This document shows positions 12,101-26,453 of a stretch of DNA of 64,000 nt, piece by piece. Source of the stretch: Raillietiella orientalis (Eukaryota). The notes beneath the pieces were generated by a model. It was given only the letters and a program-made list of their open reading frames with translations. It had not been told where the DNA came from and did not search any database. The stretch spans positions 1,984,001 to 2,048,000 of the forward strand of contig JAYWIR010000008.1 of the NCBI GenBank assembly GCA_036172245.1, read 5' to 3'. The translations under genes and the position numbers were made by a program. How positions within the stretch are numbered: position 1 is the stretch's first letter; each line of letters opens with the position of its first letter.

Positions 12101-15100
12101 ACGTTAATTTCAATACATGCTCTAATAAGCCTCTCACATTCATTCACTTACGTTATGATGAGTAATATGTTAATTACCTGAAAGGGAGGACAGGAGCACA
12201 GTTTTCGCCACCACTCTTGTTCTCATCTTTGTCGGCTCATCGCGAGATTCTGATGTGGCTATGAAGCAACCATCAGGCCAAAGACTATCTCTACACAAGA
12301 AAGTCAATACAACATTGACAATGTACGGAGCATACTTGAGCAGGATCAAATATTTTGCTATTTGCTGTACAGAAGTGGCCCACTGAACAAACTGTATAAT
12401 TTTCTGGTTATAGATGTACCCAACGGTTTGGCGTAGCAGCATAACGATTCTTCTCCTTAGCCACATGTTGCGTCTTTTCAGATCGAATACATCATCCATG
12501 AGCAGTATCAAAATCCGAAGTAGAATATTGTCCTCTCCCTAGCATCAAGTTGCAATATCAGCAAACTTTCACATAATGCTTGTTGATATTTTGAAAAGAA
12601 TAATGAAAGTAAAATTGTTCATATAGTACACCAAAGATTCTCATTGGGGTCAGCTTTTCCTTCCCCGTTTTGTAAAACAGCGATAAGCGAGGATTAGAAT
12701 GCCATGAAAAGTGCAACCAATTCTGAAAGCCTCCAAACTTCATTCCGAGACGTCGCCACTTATCTTATGAGCAATATTTCGATCCGTTAAAGATGCAGGA
12801 GAAAAGTTCGAAAAAAAATTACCAAGGGAGGTTCAGCAAAGCCGAACAGCTGACATTTTTATGGCCTGAATAGTGATACAAGCAATGCAACAAGCAATGT
12901 ACCCTAACACCAACGTGGTTTAGATACCAAGTTCCACTTTCCATAAAACCACAGCGTTAATTCCTTAATTTCGTTTTGTCTTCAATTCGCTCGGGCAGTC
13001 AGAGAAATAAGTGATTAACTTTTGAAAAAACTGGTCCAACGAAAACCGATCCGTAATTACAAACGTACGTCACATTTCATGTACTCATTCTCTCAGAAAC
13101 ATGATTTGCAAGCCCACATGCATTCTGTTCACATACCCAATTAGTTGGGGCTGCTCTTGCATTTTCACCCACATTCCGAAACAAACTTACCAACAAACTT
13201 GGGAAACGCCACAGATCCACAGAATTAAAAACTCGCACCCTCATGAAAATTACAACCGACGAGTTGGTCCGAACTAAGAAAAACATCAGCACAATCAAAA
13301 AACGATCACAGTATGGAATAAGATGGGTCGGGTCCAGAGTGGGAAATCTTATCTTATAAGGCTATCGAGAAATTCCCTTAAACATTAAACGCAAGCAGAT
13401 CCCCAATTGTCTGCAGTGAATTACTTCAAACCAGGTATTCCACATTTCTTTCAATTTTTTCTTCTTCCATTCCACAAACTGATGATCACAGCATTAGTTT
13501 CAAGAAAAGTAATACAGATCCTTTAGCAACTTATGGATGCCAATCACCAAAATGTTCCAAACAACTGCCATCAGCTCCAGCTGAAAATGGCCCAAAGTCA
13601 CGAAAATCAGGGAACTTTCATGCCTAATGACTTATTTTTCATCCTATAACTTTATCTATTGGAACAGTGGCTTCACCATATCCAAATCGCTAATGAATAC
13701 AATAAAACTTTTTTTTAATGAAAGTTCAGCGAATCCTTTCGAAGTACTTTTCCTGTGATTGAATGACAAAGCAGAAAATGATACATGTGGATTCGTTTTT
13801 AAAAACCACAGATGAATGTGAATTTCGCATTCTTCAAATTTTCTGTACCATAATAAAAAAAAAAATGATGCACGAAAGAACATTGCTTTCTTCTACGTTT
13901 TCCGATGGTTTTCCTAAGATTCTGATGTCATCAAGCACAGTATTCTTCCCACGTTATACCTAATCACTGAGTTTTCCATTTTACCAGATCAAATACCTGA
14001 AACTATCAAAATCCTCATTACTGCTGAAACCTGCACATAATGAGCGCTGGAACCCGCCAACTGTATGCTATGAACTCTATTTTCATAACAGCCACAATGA
14101 TCAAAACTGGATATTATTATTCTAAAGGAAAAATGGCGAGCGTTTTTTTGCACATCTTGGAAATTCAAGAAACACCAAGCACACTTATTTTGTAGTTGCT
14201 TCTAGAAACTCTGAGGGTTGGTCTCCAAGTTTTATCACGAATGACAAGAATTCCACATCTTTAGAATCTTATGAAGCATCCCAAAGAGGTGATCTAGAAT
14301 TCTCGTTTGAAATTCCCAACTTGTTGCCTTTGTACACTGTTTCAGTCTCTGTATTTGTCACTTCCAAATGCTGTTTTCAGAAAGTTTCTACAAATTCTAT
14401 TGTAGTACTACAATCGACCAAAATTACCAACGCAGGACGGTCTGAACAACGCACTTACTGCACAAATAAAATGAAAAAAGGAAGGATTGGTATGCTTGAA
14501 AAAATATGCAACCGAGTCAGTGTACGTTTCGATGTATGCTAGGAGTACTTGGCCCCAAACAGTAAGTGATTCAGGTTAGCCAATATTATTGACAAGTATT
14601 TTCAGCGGTGTTCCATATTACCTCGAATAACGCATTGCCATCACGCGATATATTTTCTGCACAATCTTTCTTTCTCACATCTGCCTGGAACACTTTGGCG
14701 ATTCCGTCCACAGTGCTACTGCCGATTTCTGTGATGGAATCCACCAAAGATCGGAAAGCTGTTTTTACAGATGTTTTGACTAGATAATCGACCTAAAAAT
14801 GCAAACAGTATGTGAATGTATCGTTCTTATATCAAAACAAAGGAACAAAAACACTTTTATTACACGTTTGTTTTCTGTACCTGAAAGTGAATTGGGCATT
14901 ACATTAGCATTACTAGAGATTCATCTGAGACGGTATCATGAAGGTCCACCGTCTATATAAAGGCAAAAACTTCTCTTCTATATCTCTAGATCGAAAACAA
15001 ACATGGAAAAAAGAAGACCATGTTTTCTATTCATAGCAAATAATAATAAGGGTTACGTTACAAACATTGTAATTTAATGTGACATTGAAAGAGATTTCAA

Positions 15101-15152
15101 ACAGAAACGAAGAGAACAAGAACGAAAAAGTTTCGTAAAAAGAAAAATGAAA

Positions 15153-15186
<34 letters not shown>

Positions 15187-18100
15187 AATTCTGTGGAAAT
15201 TGGCTGGCTGTTGACGCAGGGCACCAAACTGTGTTTTGCTGACATTGAGCAGTATGTCGGCAAGACCGGTGCTTTCGTGGTCTCAATAGCGAAAAGACAA
15301 AAACGTTGCGAAGGAACTGCACAAACGATTCGAAGGGGAAGAATAAAAAATAAAACAGCACCTCCAATTTTGCGCAACGCCTCGAACGGATAGCAAAACG
15401 TGCGCGTACGAATTTTTCTCTTCTCACGACCCCCCTTCAGTAAATGTGCTTTCCATTATGGCAGAAGCAAACACGATTGTATCCATTTAACACTTTCCCC
15501 TTCGATTCTGAACATCGACACAAGGCAACGAGAGAGAATTTTATCAGAGACGGTAGAGGAGAATCTCTCTCAGGTCTCGCAAAGCAATAAAACACGACAG
15601 ATTGGATGCTGACGCGTGCTCTTCGGCTTTGCAAACAACCTGCAGACAATTGGAAAAGAAACGCCGACTTCCGTGTAAGAGGCGCCCACGATTTGTGAAA
15701 CCCTTTGGACGCCTTCGGCGTTCTCGAAAGCGCCTGATGGGTCCCCAAATTCTGGCAGTTTCGAGAACACTCTCATGACATGTCTTTCTACTCTCGAAAA
15801 ACACGGTTTCAAAAAATGCACGCTTAGCGCAAAACACGACAGTCATGTTTTGGTGGTTAATCAGTATAAGCCATGAATCAAAATAAAACTCATGAGGAAT
15901 TCGATACAGTGCAGAAAATATGGGTTTTGAACAACATCGGAAAAGTCCCATACAAATACTTGTACGGATACAGTGCTCAAGTACTTTAACCATACTCAAG
16001 TACGCGAGTATACAGTACAAGTAAGCAGTACTCAAGCACTCAGGTGTTACTCTTGTGGTCAATGTATGTTATTATTTTTTTTTTTGGCTATACATATGAG
16101 AAAATTTGTAACTGAACTTTCTTTACCTTTCGAAAAGCTGAAATTGGGTACTTTCGATAATCGTGCGCTGTGAGAAACTCCATTATATACTTGCACGACT
16201 TTGGATATTTCTGGAGAGTATCAGAAGATAAAACTTTCTGCAGATAAAGGTTCAGCTGCTTTCTTCGCTTTTCCAGAAATTTATGGTCCAAATTATTGAA
16301 GGTTTTCTTCCCAGGAAAGGGATACGAAACCAAGTCATCACACTATGTTTAGAAAAAGGCAAAATTTAGACTCCACAAGGTATTGAACAACACAGGAAAT
16401 CACATACACAGCTGCAGCAGCAACTAATCTTTTACTTGCAAGCAGCCTCGAAACAACCGAAGATACTTGCTCAAAACAACTAATCTCGTGTTACTTCGAA
16501 AAATGTGACTACGAATCAATGTGTAGTTTTTTAAGAATTACAAAGAACTGCGCAGACACAACACGGATGTTTTGTGCAAATTCTATCGCGCCACGCCAAA
16601 CTTCAAGAAAGGAATTCATTCACCAACATGCACCGACTGGGACCACATTCAAAACTCATGAAAAGAGGTTCCTCTTTCAAGATTTTTGACTGAGAAATCT
16701 GGTTACATACGATAAAAATCAATCTGCGATGCAGATTGAGGAAATCCGAATATCGGCGGCACACTTGCCACTTCTCTTCTCCATGGGGATCTTTACGAAG
16801 CACATCCACTATATATGTGGTAAAAGGCTTAGTGGAATCTGTCATAAAACCTGCAGAGAAAAAGCAAACTGGAATAAGCAGATTTCACGCTCAACTCTCG
16901 CAACACAAAAAGCTTCAACATTTATCATTGATGAGTTCAACTTTTATTATATACACACATGTGTATGATCCTGATCTTTCTTGTCCCAGATACGCCAAGT
17001 ATAAGGATAGGGTAAACAACGAATTGATTAGTAATAGAGATATAATTTTAATTAGTTCAGTACAGACATGCACGTGTAATGTGTGCGCTCTTCGCATGGA
17101 ACCACAAACTTTGGAAGACTATAAATGGAAAATAGAGATTGTAAGCATATAAACAAAAAACCAACAAAGGTTGAGTAATGGAACTGAAAAGTGCCAAATC
17201 TATATAATAGAGGTTTATGGAGATCGAGAGACTTATTTAGACAAAAAACTGTTATTAATTTATGTAAAACTGATGCAAACACAAAAACGGAACCCGTTCA
17301 ACACAAATCCTTTCCGGGTTCCCTTCGGAGAAGATGAAATGGAGAGGACCCTCCCTCCCGGGGGCGATCCTCCGGAGAGAATGAAGAAGGAGATTCCCTT
17401 CGGGGTTCCCCTTCGGAGACAACCAGGGTGGGAGGTGCGATCCCCCCCCAAGCGTGAGAGGAACAGACTCCGAGCACTTCCTGGACTCAAAGGGCGGACC
17501 CCCATCCCGGGGGGTGTTTAACACAATGGTGGGGCAGCGAAAAGATCATTCCAAAATAGATGCGCTGGAAATGGAAAACCCCACTCGTTCAAGCTGATGT
17601 TCCTGATTTCTTTCCATTTTTTAACGGAACCTATTTTCGAATAGATGCTAACATATGTTCCTCTCCAAGGACACGGCTGCAAAAGTAGCTAGGTCATTTA
17701 TAAGATACTAAACAAGGTGAGGGTGACAAAAAGCGAAGCTTATTTTCAGTTCTACCCCCCCCCCCCCCCCCGTTATCACAGAATTTATGATCTCGTGTAC
17801 GGAGATGGAAGATGCGTGCCAATGCCACGAACATTTCGTGCTGAAATAATGATTCCGATATGAAAGACGAACAACTCTGATCTTGAATTCTGCCTTTGAT
17901 ATAGGCAAAGATAAAATATGAATGCAGGGCTGTGGTGCATCTTTGAAGTAACGACGCTGGCAACGGTATACCACCCTTAATCAAAGGTTTATGCTAACAA
18001 ATATTTCTGCAGAAATCAAATGAATCAAACGTTAATTAAAATGGTTTGGAAAATTAAAACGATCGTTTCAACACATATTGCATCTTGATCGTTTCGATTA

Positions 18101-21100
18101 CACAATCTTTTGAAAAGTATGCTGATACAATTTTCATAATGAAATGTTAAAACTGCTCGTGACTTTGACTTTCAATTACGATCATGCAATAAGCTAAAAG
18201 AATCACTTCTAGAAATGCATATCTGAGGGGGAAAAAAAAACGTCAAATAAGAAGATATACGTCTTTTCTTTCCTTGAGCAGCACAACATCTTAGAACCGT
18301 ACTTTTTTCAGAACTTGCATGCGTTCAAACAATACGGTTGTACTTACATCATCTATGAACGATTTCCGAATGAAAGCAATTTGAAAACAAATAAAATAAA
18401 AATTACAAACATAATCAAGCATGCATCTAAATACAATATGTACTAATGGGCTACAAATCGTAATCATGGATTCACATCACTGGATTCAATGAAGTGGTAC
18501 AGAAACAAGCATCAAACGAAAAATTTGACAGAGAATATGTGGATGCTAAATCAAAAAAACTTACGCATTTGATTGATTACAGCCTGCACAGAAAAATCTT
18601 TAAGACAGAGATCTTTCTGTGAGGAATTATCTTCTGAAGGGAGTTCAAATGAACAAAGGCTTGTAACATCATACAAGGAATCATCTTCAAGAGAAGAGCA
18701 ATCTCCGTCCTCATCACTTTTAGAAGTATCTTTGAGCAGATCTAATTCTGCCATCAAATGCATGTAAGATTTATCTTTTTTGAAACCAGGAAAAAACTTT
18801 TCCTTACAAAAACAAATACACTTAATTACGCAACAAACAATAGAACAGTAATTTGCATCTTTCACAAATCAAGTTTAAAAACAAGTTGCACAGCAGATTC
18901 ATCAGCAGTTCTCTACAACCGACAAGGTCAAAGCAATAGAAAAAAATCAAATAGAAAAACGAAAACAATCTATTTCTGCTTTATAAACTTTCTTGAGAAA
19001 GTTTCGCAAGTTTTGAAATGCTAAGGCGGTCTGATAGAAAGGCAACGTGGGATCAAAAGTTCCGCGAATCCGAGTAAGTTCAGACACTTCAGGCATTTGG
19101 TGGACACACACAAGCAAATCGTCAACGGTCACGTACGAAAAAAAACTCCTCGTCAATACGCTTTCTGTGAGTGACCTTTTCGAAGGAATGGTTAACACTC
19201 AACTTGCTGTTCCGCGAAACACCAAAAATCACATTCTTCAGCACTGTTATTATCAGCACCTCACACACTTTTCTGCTCTTACAAGTTTCGTTGCTCCCAT
19301 TATTTAAGCAAATATTACAATCAGAACAATTGGGGTGTAACAAAACGGTGTTTCTTGTCATTACGATTAAATCATTCAAGTCTACTGTGATCTTACTAAA
19401 TCGTGGGGTTAAAAAAATAAGATGTATTCTTCACGAGGACGTGAAGCTCCCATTTCCTTGTTTTAATATAAGATGAATTTTTAAAAATAATAAACTATGG
19501 AACATAAACAAAACGTCTTAAGAGACATGGCTTTCTGATGAATCTCGTTTCACAGAACCCTAACAAGTACAAACTCCCTTATTACTACAAGAGCACACAA
19601 TGAAGTTCATCCTTTTTCTACTCATTCATAATAAGATTCATGTTACATCGACTATAGCAGTGCAGTATTCAACAGCATACGAAGTTAAGAGCGAAATGCA
19701 GACTTCTAAAAAGAATTCATTCATAATATCGCGTTCAATGTTCAGAATTCAGGATATGGAAATACGCAGATAGTCTTGTATATGGTTGGAAAAAAAAAAA
19801 AAAAACCCGCAAAGCAGCAAACCAACACCATAAAACCAGAAATCAGAAATCGAATTGCAAACTCACTTTGAAGATTACTTCCAATTCCTCTAAAATTTCA
19901 TCAAACCAAGTATCTGCAAGAGCTGAGGATGATATTCGTTCAAAAACCTGTTGTACCAATTCATGATTTAATGCTAAATTAGGATTTTTCTAAAAATAGA
20001 TCAAGAATAATACTTAGAATACTCAAGTACTGAATCAATTATTTGAACAAATCAAAAGAAATACATATAGCACTCAGTACACAAACAATTAGATTACACA
20101 GATCAACTCCTATGATAGTTTTTGATGTTGGAACACTGTCATGTTGACATGTTGATATATTTTCCATAATTAATATCATGGATGGGGCTTTAAAGATTGC
20201 ATGAATCTATAGGGAGAAAAATCCTAGGAAAACAACCAATTATCAAATGACTTAACAAAACACCGTAAGTGAAGTGCACTTAAGGAATATTTTTTTCAAA
20301 GTTTTCCTTACTTCTTCCAGGGGTTGATTTTAGGACTTACAACATTTATTAAAAACGGAAGCTACATTTCGCCATATGTACAGAGATGAGACATATTTAC
20401 CACTTTCGAACCGCACATTTTTTGACAGAAATTACGATTCATCACTTTGCATCTCAATTTCTATAACTGATTTGCGGGTATTATTTACCATCAACCACCA
20501 AAGAACAGTCTAATTATTTCTGACTAAGCTGTGGATGTACCTTTTCGGATAAATACTGCTCGTAAATATTAAAGGCTGCATCCCTTAAAAGAAGAAGTTC
20601 AGTGGAATCACAGGAATTCACATTATCTGCATTTAAGGTTTCATTCATCTGTAAAAGTGCTTTGGAATTTTCTTGTTCTACTGAGACTTTCCATCCTGAA
20701 AGTTGGATCATTTAATGTCAAGCTTATTTACTTCATGATTGTAGACAGATTTACTATTCTTAATTACGTGAATTTACGTTGAAAATCTTTTTTTTTTCTT
20801 TTCCGGAAATGATGCATTTCACTAGCTAGTGGAAACCTAATCATTACTAACAGGTAATAATCAAGTTTTGGACTGATGTATTCCATCTAAAACTTAATTA
20901 TTACTTGTTAGCATTTCAACACAATGCCTTGTTTTACCTCACAAATTTTTTTCAAATTAATAAACACAACACGAGAGAAATTCTCAGAGTTATTTTAATT
21001 CCCGAGAAACTATTTCATTTCTGATAGTCAATGTTAAGATTAATACAATGACTATTTAGGAAAAATAATAATTTCTTTTCGACGTTGAATTTCCAGGTAC

Positions 21101-24100
21101 AAAAGAGTTTAAATCTTATTATTAACCAATTAGCACTGAAACCTTAAAATCCACAAAAATAAAAAAATTCGGAAATAATAAAAGTTCGTCACTATCTTAT
21201 TTTCCTTCATTGGATACATTACAACTTTCGCACACTGAGTGTTGGTTAGTAAAGTAAAGTTTAAATTACATAACTAGGAGAGGCATAAAGTTAAAAATGC
21301 AAAATCTCATCTAACACATGTAGCAGCGACTAGTTCTTACATTCGATTTTGCAGGCAGACATTTCTATTATGGTTTAATTACTTAAAATTCAGTATGAAA
21401 TAATTTCCAATGTAATTACCTTGAATACTTATATATAAAAACAAATTAGCCTGTAAATTAAAAGTGCTCAGATAATCTAAAAAATATGATAATGCTAAAT
21501 CATTCTTCAAAATCACTTCTAATGGTAAATCCACGATTTTAAAACTGGATGTCATCTCTCTATCCCATGTTACCCCTAGAATAAATGATTTGAAATTAAA
21601 ATAATAATAACTCCTTTCTCACCATTACTTAATCCATGCTGTAATTGCTGTTGAGAGTTTTCTATAACTTTTTTGACATAATATAAACTACTGAGTTGCA
21701 ATTTGATATTTATATCATTTTCACCACCAGAATCATGTGAACGCTATTACAATAAAAAAGAATAATTGCAACTAGAAACTATAAATTTAAAATCTTTACA
21801 AAATCACATTGCACACCAAACTTGTAAATTCGCTATTCACATTAAATGGAAACATCGCACAATTTATTCCAGCTATGCATATAAACATCATAAGCAAATA
21901 TTAACGACAGCAACATATATACATGTTTACAAATATGCATATGCAGAAGCATTATGCAGAGCACAATGTACAGCTCATGTAAGTACTGGATAAACAACAA
22001 ATTCATGTGGAAATAAATTTTGCGTGAAAAGACTGTAACTAAATTGCAATTGGTATGATAATTTGAACGAAATTATTAGAGCGACTTTTGATAATTACGT
22101 GCTCTTGGATATAGTTTTCATCAATTAGTCATGTTTCAAGAATTTTCCTGTAGAACAACAAAAAAAAACCTTGAGATGAAACAGGAATGTCTGCAATGTG
22201 TACAATTCAATGATGATTCACCTTGTTTCTAAAACAAAATGGAAACTCGAACCAAGTAAATGACAATAAATTAACAACACATACAAGTGGAGTATATGGT
22301 GAAAAATTGTCCCTATGTAAAACCGCGCAAAAAGAGAGTTAAACTCTGGATAAACAATTCAAACTTCCAAGGAATCACCTCCAGGAATTCTGAAATCTAC
22401 CTTGCTTATGAAAATTCTGTAAAAATATGAAGAAGGCCTCTTAAACATCTGAGTACACATTATCACAATGACTGAAAGCAAATGAATGACTGATCTGAGA
22501 TTTTTATCACCAAATTCCACAAAACATGCCACAAGCATATTTAAAAATTGATGCCTATAGTGGATCTTCCAAAATTTCCAATACATACAAGGGAATTCTT
22601 GTTTACAACTGAGTGCCATGATAAGAATGTTCAATGTAGCAATACAATGAGAAGGCAAAAAGCTTTCTTTTTTGCATTTGCAAAATGCATACATTATAAT
22701 TGATATTAGCATGGTGGGTTTTTCAATAAATTCTTATAAAACTCACAAAAGAACTATTACAAGTTGAAACCAAATATAACTTGGAAAACTCTTACGTATT
22801 TTACATAAGGGATGCACATTTTTAATGACAAGTGAACAAATAAACATTTCTTTAGACACATTCGTAGGTTGAAATTAACTTACATATGTATTCTACATTT
22901 CCTCAACTTTTAATGAATAATATTTGATCCTTATCGTGTTTTAAACTGATGTGTAAAGAAATAGATCTATAATCCATGCACACATGCAAGAACATTAAAA
23001 AAAAAATAAATAAATGAAAATCTTGTTTGATAATATGCATATAAGCCTGCATGTACATTATACAAGTTACACTGTTCACTACGTAAAAAACTAGGCATTA
23101 AACTAATTTGCCACCGTATCTTAATTTTAATATGAATTAAGAGGCTGGCACATAGCTCATGAAGCACCAGAAACTACAAGAATATGATCATATGCACAGA
23201 ATGCATTTGAAACATTCATAGATTTCCTTATCAGAATGGCACAGTATTCTTGATTTCACAAAGTGTTCCTTGTAAATTCTTCTGCTTACTGTAAAAGATC
23301 CTCTACATTAAAGATACATTTCAAAGATTGTCATATCTAATGATCCTTCTGCAACAAACTCTGATGATGACTATACAAGATACAAACAATGGGCACATGG
23401 AATCTATCTCCAGAGAGATTCTTTGTGGCGACAGAAGCACAAATATTCGCAAACATGCATCTCTTTGCATATTGACCATTTTTAAATTACTAAGCAACAC
23501 AGTCTTATCATGCCATTTTCATAAAGCACTTTGAAAATTAACCAGAGACCTTTCCTATGCATATAAGATCAGTAAAAACAAGCATTTGCAGACACATTAC
23601 AAGTACCAAGATATTACCAGTTGTGCAATTTCTTCATCAACTTTATCCTTTGTAGCAGTTAATTCTTCCAGTGAATTAGTTGATTTTAAAGTACTAAGAA
23701 ATGCATCACTATTTGGTGGTAGACTTCTGCACTGCAATAAATGGACTCAATAAAATTAAAAAAACAAAGTCTTAAGTACTAACCGTGTAAATTATAAGCT
23801 GATTTAAATAATCTGGACTCGAAAATAAGTTCACAATGGGCATTAAAATACCATACAAAAACACATCCTTCATTAAAGTGTGCACAGGTTTGCATTCAAA
23901 TTCATTAACTGGTAATAACAGATACAGGATCCAATCAGTTATTTCTTCAAAAAAATCTAAAGAAAACAAAACATGCAAAATATGCTGATCACATGACCAA
24001 AAATAATTGAACCACAGCAACATTTCACCATTCTAGTGGACATATTTACATAAGATAGATACATTTACATTATACACTTTTACTACACAGTTAATCAAAG

Positions 24101-25617
24101 CAATTCACTAGCCTGTAATATGCTTTGATACGGAACATGTGTATCATTCTGTATTAAACACAGAAATGGTATAACTGAAGAAATTAAAGTACTGAATTAA
24201 AGCAATGTCATCTTACATTATTAATATTGTACTTGAAAATGAGAAATGAATTATATTAAAAAAACTGTGAATGGAATGGAAATAACAGTAAAACACATAA
24301 GAGACTACTTAGTTTATATCCAAACCTTTTTCTATACTAGCATCAGTACAAATGCGTTCATAACTTAAATCATGTTGTGCACTTTGCTCTTCTTGGAAGA
24401 ACACTGCTGCAATATTTTCATTTGTTTTCGAAAATGGTTTATGAGAGTCTTCATTCAATTTTGTTTTTGTTCTTTGATATATTCTTAGATGAAAAGCTAC
24501 ATCATCTACCAATCTTCCTGTTAAATATGCAAGCCAATCCACTTGTTTACATCTGCAAGAAAAAACTTGAAATTGCAGCCATGAACACTGTGGCTATTGT
24601 GCTTCAAATTGTGAATATTTTAAGACGAATGTAATTTTCTAAGTTGTTCCTTATTAACTCATGGTGTTATTATGCAGAATAATGCAAATCATTATATTTT
24701 ATTAGGTTACTAATTTCAGATTAACACTAACCCGAATCTTATAGATCAAACTTTCAAACAAATGCAAACATGGATGGAGCATTAAATTACCTATATGATA
24801 AGTTCCTTATTATTTCATTCAAACAACATTTTACTTCAAATGGAAATTCATCATCATCACTGATATCATGATACCAACTTTCTATAAAATCTCTAACAAT
24901 GAAATGAACAATTTCATGTAGTATGTTATCAATTTCATGATAATCTGTTAATGACTGTGTGGCTTGCTCTTTTTTGGTTTTGGGGGATGGATTTGGTACC
25001 TTAATTAAAAACGATTAACAATTGGTAACAGATGTAAGTAAAATAGAAATATTTAGCATAATTGTATTTCAATTTTTGCATGCATGAAAATGTCACATCA
25101 ATGATATATCTAGACTTTTGTTGGTGTCTACTGCTTTTAAAGTCAATTTCAATTTGTAAACAGTTATATTTCATATACGATGGTGCACTGCAAAATTTGT
25201 TAACAAAACCCTTCAGAAATTTCGAAAATCCAGTAAAAGAACAACTCAAAGAAAATCAAACGACACACAAAATTTACTACCGGGATTTCAGGTGAGGTTG
25301 CTATAATATGGCATGGTCCTCTTAAAGTCTTCAGTACATCATCACATTCATCTCGCAAAAGCATGTTGAGGACGATGAAAAACCTAAAATACATATAATC
25401 ATCCTGCAAACAAAATCAAACATCTGGCATAATTTCACAAACAATGCTAGGCAATTACATGTTCCACACACATTTAATACACAGGTTTTAATCACCCTAA
25501 CATGAATGAAATTGTTGTTAGCATAAACATGGACACACTGTAGACTCCAAATGTTACTAAGAGCAGAAAACCGAATAGAAGCAGCCATAAATTTTTCACA
25601 AAAAAGTGATCAGTCAT
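9104..25617 (-). CDS. SNX13: Sorting nexin-13 (RGS-PX1 family), ~936 aa; exons 25617-25496, 25383-25278, 24999-24791, 24552-24326, 23956-23784, 23731-23618, 21743-21623, 21575-21420, 20695-20541, 19989-19867, 18802-18565, 16850-16711, 16342-16127, 14792-14622, 12538-12336, 12290-12178, 9327-9104
   Basis: 17 exons with GT-AG junctions and compatible phases sum to 2811 nt. Domains in order: N-terminal hydrophobic segment (LWLLLFGFLLLVTFG), PXA (IDNILHEIVHFIVRDFIESWYHDISDDDEF; VDWLAYLTGRLVDD), RGS (LPLEVILKNDLALSYFLDYL; AAFNIYEQYLSEK), PX (RRYSDFLNLH; FPGKKTFNNLDHKFLEKRRKQLN) and Nexin_C (LLMDDVFDLKRRNMWLRR; DSLWPDG; LNRRLV). The exon 2 donor is uncertain by 3 nt. Confidence 0.93.
17307..17519 (+). 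mobile_element. Truncated copy of the hairpin-array SINE-like family, inside a SNX13 intron
   Basis: Close match to about 43257-43487 (shared TCCTTTCCGGGTTCCCTTCGGAGAAG and GAATGAAGAAGGAGATTCCCTTCGGGGTTCCCCTTCGGAGACAACCAGG). GC-rich block in AT-rich intron, flanked by the direct repeat AACACAA (17300-17306 and 17520-17526). Confidence 0.8.
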
Positions 25618-26453
25618 CTTTTTGTTTTTATGCTGTTGCTTGAACAGATTGCTTCCACATGAGTTCCGGCTGTTAATTTCATGTTCCAAACCTGATTCAT
25701 TCTTGTTTACTTGGAAAAACTGTCAGAGGTTTGCACTTTGCACACGACCCGCGAAGGGAATCCAGCTAACCATTCGTAGCGAATTCAGGGTACTTTATCC
25801 GTAGCGATAACCGATCTTTTTCCTTTTTTTTTTTTTTTTTGCTCTTTCTCTCCTTCTCTTTTTTCTTTGTCTTATGGCATTTCTTCGTAATACCGAAAGA
25901 GGAAGAAGTGGAATTTGGACATCCAATGCTTCCTCGTGCGGATGTGTGCTTTCGGTATCTGCTTACATGTGGTTGGGCCACAATCGTCGGGTCTACCAGA
26001 CGAGACCACTCTTCATCCACTTTTGCTGCCGGAACTCGGCTGCAAAAGTGTAAAGCAGAAGAAAAATGCCTTCCATCATCAGTTATTACTGCAGGTCTGC
26101 AGAAATGAATGACAAATGATTCAACAGGCATCACGGAGGTTTACCTGGCAGGAAAGGCCTATCGATCAAACTCTTGGCACGGTCGGCAGTCCAGAACTCT
26201 CCAGGGTGTTGCAGTTTTGCTTCCCAACACGTGGATTCTGGAACAGTTAGGGAGAGTGCCCCGTGACACTGAAAAATTAAGGGGGAACCATCCCCTCCTT
26301 GCTTCCACAGGAGAAACCGTGGCCATGCCCATTCTCCAAGAGAACGTTCGAAAACACTTTGCACTTGAATGAAATGTGTTGCTCTGTAAGTAAATTTGAC
26401 TTGTGAGTTTTGCAAAATCGGGCATAATATACCCATCCCAAAGTCATCCCAGG
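25618..26453. promoter_or_regulatory. Probable bidirectional promoter and 5' UTRs of SNX13 and LRRC27
   Basis: The two start codons diverge about 840 nt apart. A local CpG cluster (~25740-26050) sits between CpG-poor gene bodies. Confidence 0.55.
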
